Position numbers and translations under genes: made by a program
The notes under the pieces: generated by a model
What the model was told of the DNA's origin: nothing
Databases searched by the model: none
What the model saw: only the letters and a program-made list of their open reading frames with translations
In this document: positions 63,673 to 64,000 of the stretch, piece by piece
How the letters are laid out: each line of letters opens with the position of its first letter
Numbering within the stretch: the first letter of the stretch is position 1
Assembly: GCF_002571385.2 (NCBI RefSeq)
Contig: NW_019217913.1
Coordinates: 511,469-575,468, forward strand
Direction of reading: 5' to 3'
DNA length: 64,000 bases
Source of the DNA: Stylophora pistillata
Taxonomy: Eukaryota

Positions 63673-64000
63673 GAATTTCAAAGACTATAATGATAAAAAT
63701 AAAAGTGAGAAATAAATAAAATAGAATTATAGTTATAAAATTACAAGATCAAACTCACTTCTAAGAAATATTTCAGTTACCAATCCCCTCCCCCACCCCC
63801 ACAGTCAGTTAAAGGCGGATCCACAGCACACAGGTTCACCAGAAAGGCCTTGGGCACTTCACAGGTGTTTTTTTTTTTTTCGCCTTGACAGGCTAGCACT
63901 TCAATATTTGAGGATGAATTTAAAATGTCTTGGGTTAAAAAAAACATAAAAAGGTTGCAAAATTATATTAACAACTGTACGGTGCGTCAAAATAATTATT

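Overview
AT-rich animal genomic DNA, inferred to be a scleractinian coral from its repeat families and GPCR type. It has three N-gaps (30408-30694, 49855-50104, 53746-54222). 1-25 kb is a decaying segmental-duplication array of intronless rhodopsin-class GPCRs: one intact gene, one 5'-truncated copy and several fragments. That array also holds a dead copy of the first exon of a neighbouring gene, LINE fragments, Penelope-like elements with minimal hammerhead ribozymes, and a probable IS3EU-like transposon end. 25.6-33.1 kb holds a six-exon gene that I assembled by hand (547 aa). It encodes a signal peptide, a catalytically degenerate 2OG-Fe(II) oxygenase domain, an intact HxD...H oxygenase domain and a C-terminal KDEL; this is the most interesting item. 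34-44.5 kb holds three low-complexity, basic-Ser-motif-rich proteins, two of which look like divergently transcribed distant paralogues. 46-53 kb holds a GPCR pseudogene and an inverted pair of intronless PAQR/membrane progestin receptor genes, one with a single nonsense codon. 56-64 kb holds two exons of an unknown gene and an antisense exon encoding a small membrane segment. Many MITEs, SINEs and microsatellites are scattered throughout, including two circularly permuted copies of a tRNA-containing repeat. All calls come from reading the sequence; no searches were run.
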